From positions 17,732,001 to 17,796,000 of the forward strand of contig NC_087257.1 in the NCBI RefSeq assembly GCF_037042905.1: DNA of 64,000 nt, written 5' to 3'. The DNA is from Lytechinus pictus. Lineage: Eukaryota. The position numbers and the translations under genes are program-made. This document shows positions 1-12,754 of the stretch, piece after piece. A model generated the notes under the pieces. It saw nothing but the letters and a program-made list of their open reading frames with translations, was not told the DNA's origin and did no database searches. Position 1 is the first letter of the stretch; each line of letters opens with the position of its first letter.

Positions 1-59
1 GTTTTAAAATGAAAATTTGTTATTCTGATAAGAATCAATCATCATTTTATATTTCATTA

Positions 60-750
60 AATTGACAAGAAGAAAAGGAGGGGAGGAGAATAGGGAGAAA
101 GAGAAAGAAAAGGGAGAAGAAGAAGAAGCAATAGAGGAAAAGGAGAGGAGAATGGGGTAAAGAAAAAGAAAGAAGGGGAGGAGGAAAAGAAGGAGGGAAA
201 AGGAAGGAGAAAGGAAGGGGGAGAAATGGAAGAGCAAAAGGGGAAGGAAAGAAGGAGAGACAATGGGGAGGAGAAAGAGAAAGAAAGAGGTGAGAAGAAG
301 TGGAAGAGGAGGGGAGAAGAAGTGGAGGAGATGAGAAAGAGAGGAGAATGGGGAGAAGAGAGAGAAAGGAGGGGGAGAAGAAGAAAATGAGAATGGGATG
401 GAGAAAAAAAGAAAGGGAGAAGTGGAAGAGAAAAGGAGGAGAGAAGAATGGGAGGAGAAAGAGAAAGAAAGGGTGAATAAGAAATTAAAGGAGGAAAAGA
501 AGGAGAGGAGGATGGACAGGAGAAAGAGAAAAAAGAAGGGGAGAACAAGAGGAGGAGGAAAAGGAGAAGAAAAGAAGGAGTAGAATGGGGAGGAAAAAGA
601 AAAATGAGGGGGAGTATAGGGAGAAAAAGAGGAGAATGGGGAAGAGAACGAGAAAGGATGAGAGAAAAAAAGAATGGGAAGAGGGAGTGAAGAAAATATT
701 GAGAAGCTGAAGATGAAGAAGAAGCCGATGCCAAGGCAAAGAAGATGGAG
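60..750. repeat. GA-rich (polypurine) low-complexity tract
   Basis: Almost only G and A. It produces the spurious S/P/F/L-rich and K/E/R-rich ORFs at 4-739. Confidence 0.95.
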
Positions 751-1875
751 GAGATTTTATCTAAAAATACAATTATATTAAATTTGTAGGTTTAAGAGTA
801 CAATTATCAGGCTACCATTCTCTTGAATTGGAAAGCAAGAGGAAACCAACTATGTGAATTACAGATAATTTTTTCTTCTAAATCCACTACCGTCTTTGGC
901 TGGTCTCTTTAAAGAGAGATCTATCAAATCCTCGTAAATCTCATCACTTAATGCTACCGTATCCTCTGACTCAAACCAACATTCACTGAAAACCAGAAGA
1001 GGTAAATCGTCTCACTTCGCTTTACGAATTCATGTTAAAATGTATATGGTCTTACGGTTTCTCCAGCAGGCTGTGCAAAATTTACATAAAACTCATTTAT
1101 AAAATTGAATGCATGCATTCAAACGACTACATGTACAGTATATGCTGCTGATACGTAAATGACAGATTTTCATTAAAAACAGTGTCGCTTTGACAATGAC
1201 ATTGCAGTCAGTTTCTTCATTTTCTTGTCAAGTATTATAATTTATGGGTTAAAAGTAAATAAAAAATTCAAGTAAATAAAAAACATCATACATGTATTAA
1301 AGAGTGACAGTAATATGCATAGCATGCGGAAAAAGATTAGCTATAAATTGACTTGATATAAACATGGAGTTTGTATCAGAGGCAATCGTGCACAAACCTT
1401 TATTTTGCGCTTTGCTTGGCACATGCTACATAAGAGATAGGATTTATACACAGCTGATTGGATCGAGGATCGTGGAAATTCATCAGGGATTAAAATTATG
1501 CTGATTTTGAAATGTCTACGATCAGTCAAACTGCAGCAACTTAAGGTACATGTATTCAGCTTCAAATTCAGCTGCTGTTTTAGCACAACTAATGACATTT
1601 CAACAATTCCCTTGCATTTTACTTACTATTATGCATGTTTGTTCAAAACATTTTTTAGCTACGATGTATATTCATGCATTCATTGTTTTCTTGAAAATTC
1701 ACTGCGCTTCTCTTTGCATACAGAGGACATTGTGCAAGTTTTTCATAGAAAAAAATTATGACACTGATGGATTTCCATCGAGTTATGATTGTTCGGATCA
1801 ATCGTAACTCTTTGTAAGACGGGGCCCAGATTGAATTCATAGTATTTTTAAAACAGCATTGGTACTATCCCTTAA

Positions 1876-2811
1876 GGACGTTCCACAGTTATGTTTGTGC
1901 GCATTATGATCTGCGCATATTTTAAACTCTGCGCGCTGACGTCACAATGGATGAACAAGTGATTAATTAGCTGTGAGTATGAGCTGAATTTTCTCATCAA
2001 CTGCACTCTAACTGCAGATCCGATGCGTTATTTTATGAAGCTAAGAAAATAGAATTATTCCATGGACCATTTTTTAAAATATCTCTACAGTTTCAAAATA
2101 CTTTACTCTGCAGTGCTGCCAAGAATCACGAATATATCCCCGAGTTTGAATAAATGGTAGAGTGGTTTTGATTTTTTCTTCACATAGATACAAAGCATTC
2201 GGCGCATTTTTGGTGTTTTAAAAAGCACATTTGCTCTAATAAAAATGCTGATAGTTTGAAAACAAGCACATGAACCCCTATTTTTTAACGTTTGTACCTC
2301 TTAGGCATACCTTCCTCTACAACTTTGCAAATTTTGGTGAAAATGACATGGATTTTGAATAAAGTGCAGCATTTATTGTACTTTTGTAGTTTGTTATTGA
2401 TATTTCACATTTTTTAGATTGGGTTTTTGTTATCTTTTACGCCATTTTTAAGAACTGACAGTGCTGTTAGACTTAAAATTGCAAACAAATAGCACTATAA
2501 ATAGATTCTCCATTCTAACGATACAATTATTAACTCTCTTGCGAAATTTGATGACTTTTTCATGTATTTTGACTGAGTAATAGAGATTTAAATTCATTGT
2601 AGTAATCTTGCGAGGTCTAAAAATGCCAAATTATTTTGAATGCGCAATTCTTAAGAACATCAATTTGGGTGAACTTTGAAGCTCTATAGCAAAAAATCAA
2701 GCACATGGACCTATGTTAATTTTTGCATATTTCGAATATTAAGGTTCTAAAGTATCTATGTGCAAAGTTTGGTGAAAATGACATGGATTTCACTTTAACT
2801 GTGGAACGTCC
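1876..2811. mobile_element. Non-autonomous DNA transposon, Kolobok-like (TTAA TSD, GG termini)
   Basis: Perfect 16-bp TIR GGACGTTCCACAGTTA / TAACTGTGGAACGTCC, flanked by TTAA at 1872-1875 and 2812-2815. Internal direct repeat GGTGAAAATGACATGGATTT near 2336 and 2771. No ORF. Confidence 0.85.
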
Positions 2812-5800
2812 TTAATGCAACTTTTTGCAATCAAATACAAAAATAAGTGTGAAAGTCACCTTCCCAAATGTAAATCGATTACTTATTTTCATGTTCATAT
2901 CTAGAGATGTTAATATATGGAACCGGGGGACGGGGCGGGGGGGGGGGGAGAAGCTCCCCTTCCCATTTTTTTGCCAAAACCATACATGTACATGTACAAA
3001 ACAAACTACATGTACCATCTGACTGTGATTTGTTGTATGGTCAACCCCTCCCCATGGATTCAAAAACATTCCAAAGCCCCTGTATATTATTGTATAATTT
3101 CTTATCATGGATTTGAGAGTGAGAAATTATAGAAAAAGGAAAAATGCTATTTTGTAGTGGGATCTTATTATCAAAGAAAGATTGAATTCTGTCCTTATTC
3201 CATATCATTAAACATTGCATAAAAAGTTCAAACTCATCAATATTTTAGCAGTCAGATGCATCAGCCTTATATAATTTCTCTTCAAGAACGAGATTGAAGA
3301 AATGCTCCCTGAATGATTAATTGGAATTCTTCGTTTAGAGCAAGAACGCGATCTTCATCGGCCCAGCGCCACCGTAGCTTGCGGCACTTCTTGACCCGAT
3401 ACTTGATCTATTATGAGCAGAGACAGCTAGGGGCAAGGCTCAAAATTTACAATTCCATGGCAGCAAACCATTTGGAAAATTGGTTAGAACTATATCCCAT
3501 TAACTCATAAAGCATGGCGACGAACGTTTATTTTTATTACAATTTCCAAAATAGGAATCCATGTTGCATAAAATCGTTGCTGTTTGGCTGATGTTGAAGT
3601 CAAGAGCGTTTCTATGGTAATGGTGACCTTTAAAAGGAGGTTAACATAGGCATTATTATGAATAGCTATTATCCATCATAATCCATGTTCTATCCAGGCT
3701 AATGCTAACCTTTTGTTTTCTGATTACTATTCAAAAATTGAACTGCCAATATGCAGTTCTTTTCCCTGTTCACATGTAAAAATTAATGAATAGTTTATTA
3801 ATCCCTTTTCAAATAATTGTGAAGGGTATTAATAAAGAGGGATTTTTCTTTCTACTACATGTACCTGGTTCTACTTACTTTTGGTACACGTACAACACCT
3901 AAAATGTACTCGTGTTCATAATCATCCTCTTTGAACTACATGTATATTTTTCTTGGATCTTTTTATTTTTTATAAAAAAAACATCAAGTTCCAGTTTACC
4001 AATGTATAACATGAAGAGAGTCACTGGCTTTATTTAAACCCATATTCAAAGATTTATGCCCTAATTAGAGAAAACATATTTCATTATACATGTACTTTTT
4101 CATTATGGTTAAATTTTTACCAAGATATAAGAGGAGCAAGATGGCAAATTAATCAATCATTTCTAATTGAGCTTCATGTATATTTCTCAAACTAATTATA
4201 TTTTGTGCACTGAGGTAATCCAAGCATTCCAGTTTTCATATGGCATAGTCATACGTCAAAATTTCAATTGGATTATCGTAGGAGATATTAAAGTAAAAGA
4301 AAAAGATTACACTCACATGCTTCGTTGTGATGTTATGACAAAAATCAAGAAGTTTATTTACAGGTGTATCAATCAATTTCTTTTCAATTTCAACATAATT
4401 TCCATGCACTACAAATTCAGCCTCACTGATAATGTTTTCTTAGAAATTGTTTTGATTTGGGGATAATTTATTTTTTCTGAAACAAAATGATTATCCTTTC
4501 TGCATTCATTTTCTCTCTGTCACGACCCCCCCCCCCCCCCTTCCTCTCTCTTTCTTTTTATTTTTCCTTCTCTGTGTACATTTCTATCTGTTGCATTTAT
4601 CCCACTTTCTGATGTTTTCATAGAATGTTCACATGTTCTCCTTTTATCATTTATCTTGGTCTTTTTAGAAGAAAAAAAGTCTGTAAACATTTACATGTAC
4701 ATGTATGTATGAATAAATGCACCAATTTGAAGAAAAACCCAAGATAAAAATCTGTGAGTTATATTGCTTTGCAAATCACACAGAATATATGTTAAATACA
4801 CATATTACATTCAGCTACTACATGTAGTAGTACTTATTATTGAAGAAAATGCCTCGACAATGTGAATTCAAGATCTGCCTGAAAACCTGTCATCGCTGTC
4901 CAGAGCCATTGTAAACAACTGAATCATGAAATTTGCCACAACCAAATCAATGGCCAGTAAAATCATTTAAGAAAATAAAAAAGAGAAAGCGGAAAAGCAG
5001 CAGACAAGTGCGAAAATGACGATAATGCAATCAAAAGCCTGAGCGAGGAGAACGCTCTCCAGCGAACCATACAGACATACTTCGCCCACTTCAACATAAT
5101 TTTTTCCCGACACACGTTAATAGCAGTCGTGAGTGGTGCCTGCACGGATGACATCCGAGACAGTATCTCGTGACTTTTGCCTCTGTACAGAGCAAATTTA
5201 TAGGCTTTTATGTCATCTCGTATTTCATGATTTCTCTGAGTTCTTTATAAATTGAGGGAATGGAGAGAACAACTCTGATTTAAGCTTGTTGAAACATTGG
5301 ATGATGTTGACTGCAACTGACAAGAAGATAAAATTTGGCTTCAGGGGGATGGGAAATATTATCCAGTGAGCGTGATCATTATCGAAAATGAAAATAATAT
5401 CAGACCCTAAACAAGCAGTAGCCCCGATCTCCAAGTTTCTCATTAAGTCTAGAAAGAAAGCATCCTGAGGCATGTTTTTTTTTCAGCAATATTTCATACT
5501 GTGTCTTTCTTTCGTTTTTTTTTTGGGGGGGGTTGATTACTTTATTATAATTTCCTGCTTTCCTAAGTTTGAACCTGAATTTCAAATGAAAGCTAAACCG
5601 TTACATCACATGAAGTATAAAGATCATCATTTTCACTACCCTTCATTGTAAACCATAATCATTATTCAATAATCAAGTGCTATTATAAAAGTATTAAAAA
5701 GTAATTATTCTTATGATTACGATTATTATTATGATTATTTGCCTAAAGGCTACCATACGGGCTAGGGAAAACACTGGGTTTATTCTGTAAAAAAAAAGGC

Positions 5801-5873
5801 AGGGGATAAAGCAGAATCAAATCTACAGTTAATTATGACCAATTTTAACCCTGGGGGAGGATAGAATTCCCAC

Positions 5874-6051
5874 TACACTCTAAATTCCAAGGATTAAACA
5901 AATAAATCCAGATAGGCAGCAGATAGTGACCAGCCAAGTATTAGGTTTAGATTTAAACCTTGTTGATTTAAATATGAATCTAAAAGATTTGAATTTAAAT
6001 TTTTAGAGATTTAAAAGTTAATCCTTAAGAATCCTTGGACTTTAGAGTGTA
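5874..6051. mobile_element. MITE with CACTCTAAA termini between TA dinucleotides (EnSpm/CACTA-like)
   Basis: TACACTCTAAATTCCAAGGATT ... AATCCTTGGACTTTAGAGTGTA. A partial second copy at about 20395-20492 abuts the LINE 5' end. Confidence 0.7.
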
Positions 6052-6415
6052 ACATTTGGTGCAAAGTGATTACCATCAGTATAATTATAAATTGTTTTAT
6101 CTGATTTATCATTTAATCATCATAAGAACCCTAATTATCATCATTATCATTATTATCATTACACAATACCATCATCATCAGAAATATCAAATTTTCAGAT
6201 ACAACAAGAATTGAACAAAGTCAAAGATCCATCTTTCCTTCACGTTTACTTCCCCCTCTTTCAACAATCTGTCAAAATTTGAAAATTTCTCTCTCTCTGT
6301 TATGCAATCCGTCTCTAACAATCACTCACTCTCTTTCTCTCTTCCTTTACATGTATTCTCAATCAACTAGACATCAGTTCAATTTCACAGATGACTTTTA
6401 AAAATTTCTACTTAC

Positions 6416-6485
6416 CCCCTGTTGCGATATAAATTTTAGTGATGTTGTGGCCATAAAACGGAAACTGAAAAGGCAACCGGACCTC
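6416..6485 (-). CDS. PLXDC2: Plexin domain-containing protein (PLXDC1/2-like), coding exon 4
   Basis: ttcag|GAG...GGGG|gtaagt. Encodes EVRLPFQFPFYGHNITKIYIATG(G), matching the recalled PLXDC NIDO-like motif V.LSFDFPFYGH....I.VATGG. Phase 0 in, phase 1 out. No further exon recognised in 1-6415. Confidence 0.9.
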
Positions 6486-6645
6486 CTGAATATCAAACAT
6501 AAACATTGGAAATTTGTCATTAATGTTGTTTGAATGATGAAACAGTGAAAATTTGAAGATTGAATGCAAGTTATGACTTTACAACTGAGATCAATTTGGT
6601 AATTGATTGAATATAGATTTCTCACAAGACTCTTTATTGTGCATG

Positions 6646-7080
6646 NNNNNNNNNNNNNNNNNNNNNNNNNNNNNNNNNNNNNNNNNNNNNNNNNNNNNNN
6701 NNNNNNNNNNNNNNNNNNNNNNNNNNNNNNNNNNNNNNNNNNNNNNNNNNNNNNNNNNNNNNNNNNNNNNNNNNNNNNNNNNNNNNNNNNNNNNNNNNNN
6801 NNNNNNNNNNNNNNNNNNNNNNNNNNNNNNNNNNNNNNNNNNNNNNNNNNNNNNNNNNNNNNNNNNNNNNNNNNNNNNNNNNNNNNNNNNNNNNNNNNNN
6901 NNNNNNNNNNNNNNNNNNNNNNNNNNNNNNNNNNNNNNNNNNNNNNNNNNNNNNNNNNNNNNNNNNNNNNNNNNNNNNNNNNNNNNNNNNNNNNNNNNNN
7001 NNNNNNNNNNNNNNNNNNNNNNNNNNNNNNNNNNNNNNNNNNNNNNNNNNNNNNNNNNNNNNNNNNNNNNNNNNNNNNNN
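6646..7080. other. Assembly gap (N run)
   Basis: Run of N. Confidence 1.
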
Positions 7081-7420
7081 TCTTCTTCCGTAAAAGTTCT
7101 TCTCCTTTCCCTCTTCTCCTCCTTTTTATTCTTCTTCCGTAAATAGTTTCAGTGATATAGGGCATTCTTCTACCTCCTTACCTTTCTTCTTCTTTTTCCT
7201 CCTCCTCCTTCATCTTTCTTCCTCTTTGTCCACTTCTTCTTTTCCTTTCTCATCTTTGTTTTATTTCTTCCTATTCTTTTCCCCCTTTATTTCTTGCATC
7301 CTTTCTTTCTTAATTCCTGTTTTGTGTGTGTGTGTGCCTTCTTCTTCATATTTGCTTCATAATTCTTCTTCCTCCTCCTCTCACTCTTCTCACTCATCTC
7401 CTCCATCTTTTCCCTTTCTA
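7081..7420. repeat. CT-rich low-complexity tract
   Basis: Polypyrimidine CTT/CCT-rich sequence next to the gap. Confidence 0.85.
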
Positions 7421-7421
7421 A

Positions 7422-7532
7422 AGGGGCTATCACAATCGCTCTCACGATCATTTGCGATCATTTGGTCACAATATATGTTGCACATAATCGCAACGGTTGT
7501 AAGCAGTCGCACCACCAATTGTGAAAGGGGAT
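7422..7532. mobile_element. About 110-bp PIF/Harbinger-type MITE (copy 1)
   Basis: Closely similar to 15187-15297 (shared core GCGATCATTTGGTCACAATATATGTTGCACA). Imperfect TIR, TWA flanks. Confidence 0.75.
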
Positions 7533-7577
7533 TTACAATGATCAATTGTTGTATTGATGAAATGACTAAAAACTTAC

Positions 7578-7709
7578 CCCCGCTGTAAGATGGCTATTAG
7601 ATAGAGCATCATGAACATCTACTACAGTGTACGGACTACCCGTTTCAAGATTCTGAAAATATTCTCGACCATCAGAATAAAAATTTGATGTGTAGTAGTC
7701 ATGATTATC
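7578..7709 (-). CDS. PLXDC2: PLXDC1/2-like, coding exon 3
   Basis: tacag|GAT...GGG|gtaagt, 132 nt. Encodes DNHDYYTSNFYSDGREYFQNLETGSPYTVVDVHDALSNSHLTAG, resembling recalled vertebrate PLXDC DHNYY.S..Y...H.ILSNTH..A. Phases 0/0 fit both neighbours. Confidence 0.9.
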
Positions 7710-7830
7710 CTGTAGCATATAGAAATAAAAGAAGAAAAAAATTACATGCTTTAGATAAAATAACGTTGAATAAAAATTTGAAATCCTTTTGTGTGCCTTC
7801 TTCTTTATAAATTTTTGCTTCATAATTCAA

Positions 7831-8124
7831 GTGCCGTGGTGTAGTGGTTCTGACTCTTGCCTTGTAATCAGAGGGTCATGTGTTTGAATCCTAGCATCCT
7901 AGCATCCTTTGGCTAGGCGTCATTCCACACTTTGCCACTCTCTCCCAGCTAATAATTGGGTACCGGTAGGAAACAACCATCACTGTGGCTGGTCTAGCAA
8001 GTGTACATGCCTATTATTACAAGCTGCTAAAAAGCTATGAATCCAGTGAAGTGGTAATAATAATTGTGAAGCACTTTCAGCAGTCGTAGATTGACAAAGT
8101 GCTGTATAAAAGCCAATTATTATT
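7831..8124 (+). mobile_element. tRNA-derived SINE
   Basis: A-box TGGTGTAGTGG and B-box GTTTGAATCC; core ending GGGTACCGG shared with the SINE at 18802; LINE-like tail AAGTGCTGTATAAA followed by ATT repeats. Confidence 0.8.
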
Positions 8125-8951
8125 TCACAGCCAATACTGTACATGAGGCTTGCCAGATCAGCCTTAGAAAGGCTATTCATCCCAACAATGATAAAGAAAA
8201 TTCAAACACTTGAGAATAAATGTGCTGATAAATTTATAGAAATAAGAAGTCAAAGAAAAATACAAATTTCAAGTTTCATTTATTTTCACAAGACAGATTT
8301 TATATCAGCCCGGACAATGTTATCAGTGTTATGCTTCTTTTCTTAGGATGGAATTTTAATATTAGGCAGTGATGCTGATGGAAAAACCAACTCTGAATTT
8401 GTATACATGTAGACATATCCAAAGTTAAATGGCAAGCGTCAAAGCCAAAATACAGGCACTTCTGCAAAGCTATTTTTATAGTTCAATGCACTCGTTTCTA
8501 TGCATGTATATGTATGGACAGCAGTATGGGCTTTATTTCATTATTCACAACTACATGTACTGTACTATAAAACAGACCCAATGGGGATCCATCTGTCAAC
8601 CAAAGTAAGTACTAACAAGGTCAGAAAGACGCTTCTAGTTGGGAGAATGAGATCGAATGAGCGATAAAGGCATCTACAGGGAGATAAAGAGGGAAGGAGA
8701 TGCGGTTTGAGCCTTGAGAAAATAACACGTCAAGACTGAACATGGACCGAAGATGGTCAGCGGAATTGATGAGGGAACAGAAGCGGCAGAAAGGGACGAG
8801 TTCACCGGGATTCAATATGTTGATATAGCTGCGCCATGGCAACCAAAAGCTGCTCAGCGTAATTAAATCTGAGCGAGACGAGACATCGAAGGTGATAAGG
8901 AGAGTGACGATCTGTCGTGACAGGCCTCGTCCACACAAAAGTACAACATTA

Positions 8952-9331
8952 TACCCCTTTCATAAACCTATCCTCCAATTAGCCGCCTAATAGTAATGCG
9001 GATAATTCAATAAAAATTGCATTCACAAACTCCGAAAATTATCCGCATTATTTTTACGAGCGCCCGTCCTGAAAAAGGCGGATAATCGTCATCACAACTG
9101 GACATGCCCCCTCCCATGCGGTTGTGTTGGAAAAGGGTGACCTTGTGACCGCACCATGGCAATTATCCGCATTATTTGGAAATACGTTCATAAACTCAAA
9201 ATCTTGTCCCGATGCTGCTATTATGCGGATAATGGCAGCATCAAAATAATGCGGATAACTCTGGTCCTCCTCCGATTTTACGACCAAATTATGCTGCTAT
9301 TAGCCGCATAACTGGGTTTATGAAAGGGGTA
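8952..9331. mobile_element. 380-bp PIF/Harbinger-type MITE
   Basis: 17-bp TIR TACCCCTTTCATAAACC / GGTTTATGAAAGGGGTA with TTA TSD on both sides. Internal ATTATCCGCATT / AATGCGGATAA repeats. Confidence 0.85.
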
Positions 9332-11196
9332 TTAGTGACCATTTTATCAAATAGCATCAAACATACTTTGTCATTATCTATTACTGGAGAACATGTACAG
9401 AGGTTCCTTTTCATTTCCAGTGTTCACGAACAACGATACACTGTCAGGTCAGTTTTAAAGTGGTACTCTACAATGTACATGTACTGTACATATAGGTTGA
9501 ACATTTGATCTGAATAAATGAAAGTTTACAGAAATCGGAGAAATGTATCCATAATGGATGAAAAATAATTAAGTTAAATAGGAAATTCAAATGAATAATT
9601 TTCTTGAAATACTTCTGTACAGGTATGTCATTTGTCATGATTGTCATCATGAACATGCAAGGAGAGAAAGATGTTCACACATTTTTCATGAAATAACCAT
9701 GATTCCATCATAAATGTAATTAAAATGAGAGGGGGAATGTCTATAGTATAAATGCAGATAAAAGGGTAACTCAAGACTCGGGCATTTGCTTGAAAATGAT
9801 GAATACTGTACCTCTCAAATATGGAAGTAAAATAAAGTGCCCTGAAATTGTTGGCTTGTACAGTACAGGTCAGTATTAAAGCCTTTTCTTGTTTAGTTTT
9901 ATGAAATCCACATTAATCATATTCCAAATTCATTACAATTATACGCAATGTGTTAAAGGGATATGCAAAAGTAAATTAGGCCATGTACTGTATGCATACA
10001 TGTATAATTTCTTTTATTCTACATTAAAATATATTTCAAGTACCAGATCAAATTAGAGAGAAAAAAAATCTGGGTGTTTTATTTGTTTTGCTTGTTTGAT
10101 TTTTTAAAGAACATAGGGTTTTCCCCCTATGGCTATGCCTACCTACATGGTCTGTAAACCCTTTCTAAAACTCTTTGAGCGAGCAGGAAAGTTCTACATT
10201 TTAGTACATTTTTTACTAGTAAAGCAGGATGTATGTATTCTAAATAGCATTGAATAATTTTTACTATTTTAATAATTATCAGTTAAATTCCCATTTTCAT
10301 TGTGAAAGAGGCAATGTGTTCTTTGCTTTCTACATCTTTGCAAAATAACCAAACAGGGTACATTCCCAAATACATGTACATTGAAATCACTTTGGAAACT
10401 AACAATTATTGTCTCCCCTTAAATTCCCAAAACAAGTGATTCCTTTTAGTATTTTAGGGGCAATATGTTTGCTTGCTACATTTTTGCACAATGACCAAGC
10501 AGGATATGTAGGCCTGACTCTGTATTATTGTGCACTGAACAGTGTCAATGGGGAAATCTTCTTCCCAAATATATGCACTTTTGTAATGCAAACCACACAA
10601 GCACATTGTAATTCCTGTACGAGTGAGTTATCACAAAGCATTATGCATGACTAACATTTTTTTTTTATATAAAATTTTGCAGAAAATCTTAGAACTTATA
10701 TTTTTTACATTTTTATACACAATCTACATGAATTCAAGAATGAGACTGTACATATCAATCAATTAAACACAACATTGCATACTACACTATAACATGTAGA
10801 CCTATTTCAAAATTTAATTTTCATGTACATGTAGATCTAAAATTGTAACTTTATCAATCTTTTTCTTTTTGTCTTCACAGCTTCACCATGTGTATGCTTC
10901 TTTAATATTCCCTATTAGGTGAATTTTGTTATTTATCTCATCTTCACGACCCTCTCCCTCCATGTGAACAGTCACCAAATTCTCTCCAAATAAAAAAGAC
11001 ATACCGGTACATGTATGATATGACAATAATCATGTAGTTTGTGCATGGTATATTTTTGTCTACTGATTCTATTCAAAGAAATTATCCATATATAGCATGA
11101 TACAGTAATAAATGCACCAATGGATGTGAAAAAATTAATGCTCTTTTGTATTCAGGATTTTTTAAAAACTTTTATGAAATTATATAAACCAAAGTA

Positions 11197-12754
11197 GGGG
11201 AGATCAAGGTTAGTTGGAACGCGGGGTAAGTTGAAACATTGTAATTTTCTTTAATGCCTTTAATTAAAAATTTATGCAATACTGCCCTCAATTTATTGCT
11301 ATTATCAACAGCCATCCACTATATTACAGACAACACATGTGCAACAAGCCTGGTGAAGTTAGAAAGGAATTTTTGTTTTTTCACCTTCTGAGTAATATTT
11401 TGCTCTTTCAATTTTTTTTTATTATCTCAGAGAAGTTAATAGATCAAGTTGGCCTGTTTGGGGGTATAATGGACACTTGGACCAAGCTACAAAATAAGGT
11501 TATTAATTTGCCATGGTGATTATTGATGAAGTCCCTTTTTTGTGCTGTAAGCTTATAAATGTAAGCTTATAAATGTCAAATGGGCATCTGGGGTTAGTTG
11601 GAACAAAATTGAAGGGGCTACTTGGAACATGTCCAACTTACCCCAAACATAATTATGAATAAAAACATTGGATATGAGAAAAAAATGTATACAGTATTTC
11701 ACACTCTTCTGAACATGTATTGTATACCATGCTTGTTTTGTTTCTCAGTCAGGTCTGAGTGTGCATTTAAGGCCTATTGTAGGCCCCTAATGCAATATCA
11801 ACTCTTATCACACTGGGGGGGGGGGGTCAATTTGAGCCCCCCCCCCTGGACAAATTTCGTCACTACGCCGTCGCGCAAAATTGCTCAAAAACGTGATTCC
11901 ATGTACAACCAAAAATCATATGTATGATTATTTTTACTTTTGTTGGTTCAAATGGACTTATTTTATGCTATAAAAAGAGTCCCTGACAAAGTTCATCGGA
12001 AAAAACAATAAAAAACAAAGGTTCGAAAAAACAAAGAAATGCAAATTTAAAAAACAAAAAATACATAAGAAATTATATTTTTTGGAATTTTTGGAATTTT
12101 TGGTGGATATTTGTTATAAAGGTAAAAATTTATACTCTCACCAAAAATTAGCATTCTACTAGCTTAATAAATAAAAGGCAAAAACATACCAAAAAAACAA
12201 ATTAAGGGCAAATTTCATATGCTTAAAGTTATTTGCATAATTAATTAATTAAAAAAATATAAAAAATTAATTTTTGTAATGTAAATTTTACATGAAATTG
12301 CTGATAGTACACTTAATTGCATGTAAAATCAAACGCACACAAATAAGCAGAATTCTACTACACAGTCGGCTTGCGTGAGTGGCTGTATAATGGAAAACAT
12401 AAAGTTCAACAAATCCACTTTTAATATTTTGAACTTGAAAAAAATAAAGCAAGTAATATTACGGTTGTAAGTAGTTGTAGTATAATTCTTAATTGACCAT
12501 GCAGTGTTCCAACTCACCCCATACCATGTTCCAACTTACCCCATACATGTATATGGGGTAAGTTGGAATGCTTTCAATGGTCTTGTTCAAGGTGGATTTT
12601 TTCAGTAACCATCATAGAGTTATGGAATGGATGTTATGGAATACATTTGAAGCCCAGATATGCTTCAAGCTGATATATTGTTTCTCAAATAAAAATCTAT
12701 TTGGATTTTACAGCCATTGTTGTCAAAAATGTTCCAACTAACCCCGATCTCCCC
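11197..12754. mobile_element. Non-autonomous TA-target (Tc1/mariner-pogo-like) element with a probable nested fragment at about 11800-12330
   Basis: TA|GGGGAGATC...GATCTCCCC|TA. Many subterminal GGGG(T/A)AGTTGGAAC-type repeats in both orientations. Confidence 0.8.

Noticed and set aside
4-739. ORFs up to 225 aa
   Set aside because: Translations of the GA-rich low-complexity tract; no domain content.
6398-7165. 179-255-aa ORFs
   Set aside because: They run through the N gap. The real exon at 6416-6485 is in another frame.
7831-7900. Possible tRNA gene
   Set aside because: A and B boxes are present but the acceptor stem is not intact and the sequence continues into a SINE body.
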